Shown piece by piece: positions 30,001-33,000 of a stretch of 64,000 nucleotides of DNA (the first letter of the stretch is position 1; every line of letters begins with the position of its first letter). The notes under the pieces were generated by a model. That model was not told where the DNA came from. It worked only from the letters and a program-made list of their open reading frames with translations, and ran no database searches. Source of the DNA: Desulfurivibrionaceae bacterium (lineage in GTDB: Bacteria > Desulfobacterota > Desulfobulbia > Desulfobulbales > JAGXFP01); contig JAWOIQ010000210.1 in assembly GCA_046484585.1 (NCBI GenBank), forward strand, positions 12,238-76,237, written 5' to 3'. The translations under genes and the position numbers were made by a program.

Positions 30001-33000
30001 CTTTGGCCTCAGAATTATGAACTTAATCTTACGGCTGATCAACATGTCGCTTTCTTGTCACTCATAGATGTCGCATTGAATATTGACGGTCAGCTTGTTG
30101 TCGCAGGTGATTTAGAGGCGGTAGGGATAGGTGCGAATATCAGTGCGGATGGGATAAATGTTGGCGGCAGTTGCTTTATCGATGGTGCGACCATGAACGT
30201 TAATGGTTCTCTTAACGTTGTCGACGAACTTGCCTTGGCTGGTGCCGGTAGCATTCTTCGTGCCGATGAGATCGCTGTCGGCGGTAGCTTCCTTGTAGAC
30301 GATGCGACAATTATTACCTCTGATATCAAGGTAACCGGCTACTTTGGTTCCCTGAAAGTGATGGGTGCAGGTAAGATTACGGTCCCTGATCCGGAAGAAG
30401 ACATTGTTTATCCGCTTCTTCTGGATGTAGCAGGGGAGGTTTATGTCGGGCCGGATGCCAGCATAGATCTTGACGGCAAGGGATATCCCGGAAGGCGTAC
30501 GGTTAATTTTATCTCTACATATGGTAGTGCCGGCGGCAGTCATAGTGGCCCAGGAGGATATTATACTTACTATTCATCTAGCTCCTTGGATAGCGACTCA
30601 AATTACGGTGATTTCACCGAGGCCCGCTTTGCCGGAGCTGGAAGCCAAAATTACAGTGGAGCCGCTGGCGGTGGTTTGGTACGGATTAAGGCTGGTTATC
30701 TGACTCTCGATGGTGTGATTCAAGCCAATGGAGCACCATTTTACTATTCAGCAGCCGGTGGTGGTATCCATCTGGATGTCGGCTCTCTGACTGGTCTTGG
30801 TCAGATTATGGCTAATGGTGGTGTCAACTCGGCTTATTCTGGTTCTGGCGGAATCGTTAGTGTTGTTTACGACAATATTTCCTTTGATCAGACTGCCATT
30901 CAAGCCTATAGCGGTACTCGCAACTCTTATTTAAATGTTTTTTCCCGACAAGGGGCGTCCGGCACTGTTTATTTGAAGGAGAGGAATGTGGAAGGCGGCC
31001 ATCTTGTTGTTGATGGTGGTCTTGGTGGTGACACAGATAATTGGACGGAGTTGAGGAGTGTCGGTCAGCATCAAATCAGCGGACTTACAGATCTCGGTGA
31101 CGGGACCTGGCGGGTTGGCCTAGCCTTGGAAAGTCTGCCGCCGACTGTCAATAGGATTGACAATCTTGGCTTGCGGGGCCTTGTTGTTGATTTAAACGCT
31201 GCCGATGACGAAGGTCCATTCTACACCATCACCGATAGTGGCGATAATTGGCTGGTAATTGATACCGACGGCACGTTATTGCCCGATAGCCTCATTGGTA
31301 ATAATCTGATCGGGGTTACCCATTTAAGCGGATTGACTCTTAAGAATGGCGCTCAACTCAAAACACTGGATCGTTTGGTGATTTCCGATCCGAATAAAGT
31401 GGAGATTGCTGAGTATACAAAACTAACCGTCGGGCAAATGGTGGGCTGGGAAGAAATGACCTGGCCTCAGAACTATGAAATTAATCTGACCGGTGACCAA
31501 GAGGTTTCCTCTCTGGCAATTACTGATACGTCGGTGACCATTAACGGTCGGCTTGATGTTATCGGCGACTTTGCCGCGGGAGCAAATACTGTGATCAGCG
31601 CAAATGAGATCGTTGTTGGCGGTAATTGCCTTATTGATGGTGCGACCGTTATTACTACTGATATCAAGTTAACCGGGGAGCTTGGAAACCTGGAAGTAAT
31701 AGGCACAGGTAAAATTACAGTCCCCGATCCTGAAGAAACTATACTGTATCCGCTTAATTTGGAGGTCGGCGGAGAGTTGTATGTTGGACCGGATGCCAGC
31801 ATAGATCTTAATGGCAAAGGGTATCCGAAGGGGAAAACAGTTGGTTTTCAGTCTCATTCTACTGCTGGCAGTCATGGGGGGATTGGTAGTTATGGTTCAG
31901 ATGGTCGAACTTATGGAAATTATGAGGATGCCGGATTTGCGGGTGCTGGAGGGTATAATTATTCCAATTCACACAATTATAACGGCGGTGGGTTAGTTCG
32001 GATCAAGGCTGGAGACCTGACTGTCGATGGTGCAATCCAGGCTAACGGGGCTTATCTGAATTATTACAGTTCAGGAGCTGGCGGTGGTATCCATCTGGAT
32101 ATCGGGTCTCTCTCGGGAGTTGGTCAGATTCTGGCCAATGGTGGTACTGCAAGAGGCTCCACTGGTTCTGGTGGGCGTATAAGCATAGTCTATGATGAGC
32201 TGGTGTTTGATTTAACAAATATCCAGGCAACAGGTGGTAGACGAACCTACTACGACCCCGGTGATATTCGGGGCCAGGGTGCAGCCGGGACGGTTTATCT
32301 CAAGGAGCGACGCGCAGACACCGGGCATCTGGTTGTTGATAACGGCACCGCAGGGCAAACAGATCAGTGGACTCCTCTTCGGAGTATCGGTCAACAGGAA
32401 ATTATCGCGATTGAACAGCTTGTCGATGGCACCTGGCGGATTGAGGTTGACGGTACTCCTTGGCTATCAGTCCATGATTCCCTTGATCAACTCGGATTAA
32501 TCGGCTTGAGCGTCGATTTGGATTCTTCTGATGAAATAGGTCCATTTTATCCGGTTATTGATAACGGTGATAACTGGTTGTTGATCGAAACGGCAGGTGA
32601 TGTATTAACAGGTCTTGTTGGTAATGATTTGATCGGGGTCACCGAGCTTTCGGCTTTATCTGTAAACAACGGTGCGCGCCTGAAGACTTCTGACCGTCTG
32701 GTAATCAGCAATCTTGACAATCTGAATCTTGATGGCGCTTCCGGAATTGGTTTTGGACAATTTCAGGGATTGGAGACTTACCCCTGGCCCAGGGGCATAT
32801 CATTTATCATAGATGCGGATCAGCAAGTCCAGTCTTTAAATATTGTAGATGGTTCAAATATCGTTTTTAACCGTTCCTTAACGGTAGCTGGTAATTTGAC
32901 GGTGAGCGGTACGGCCTCATTAACTGCCAGTCCTCTTATTGTAGCAGGCAATATGATAGTGAGCGGTACAACCGACCTAACTGCCACATCTGTCACTGTG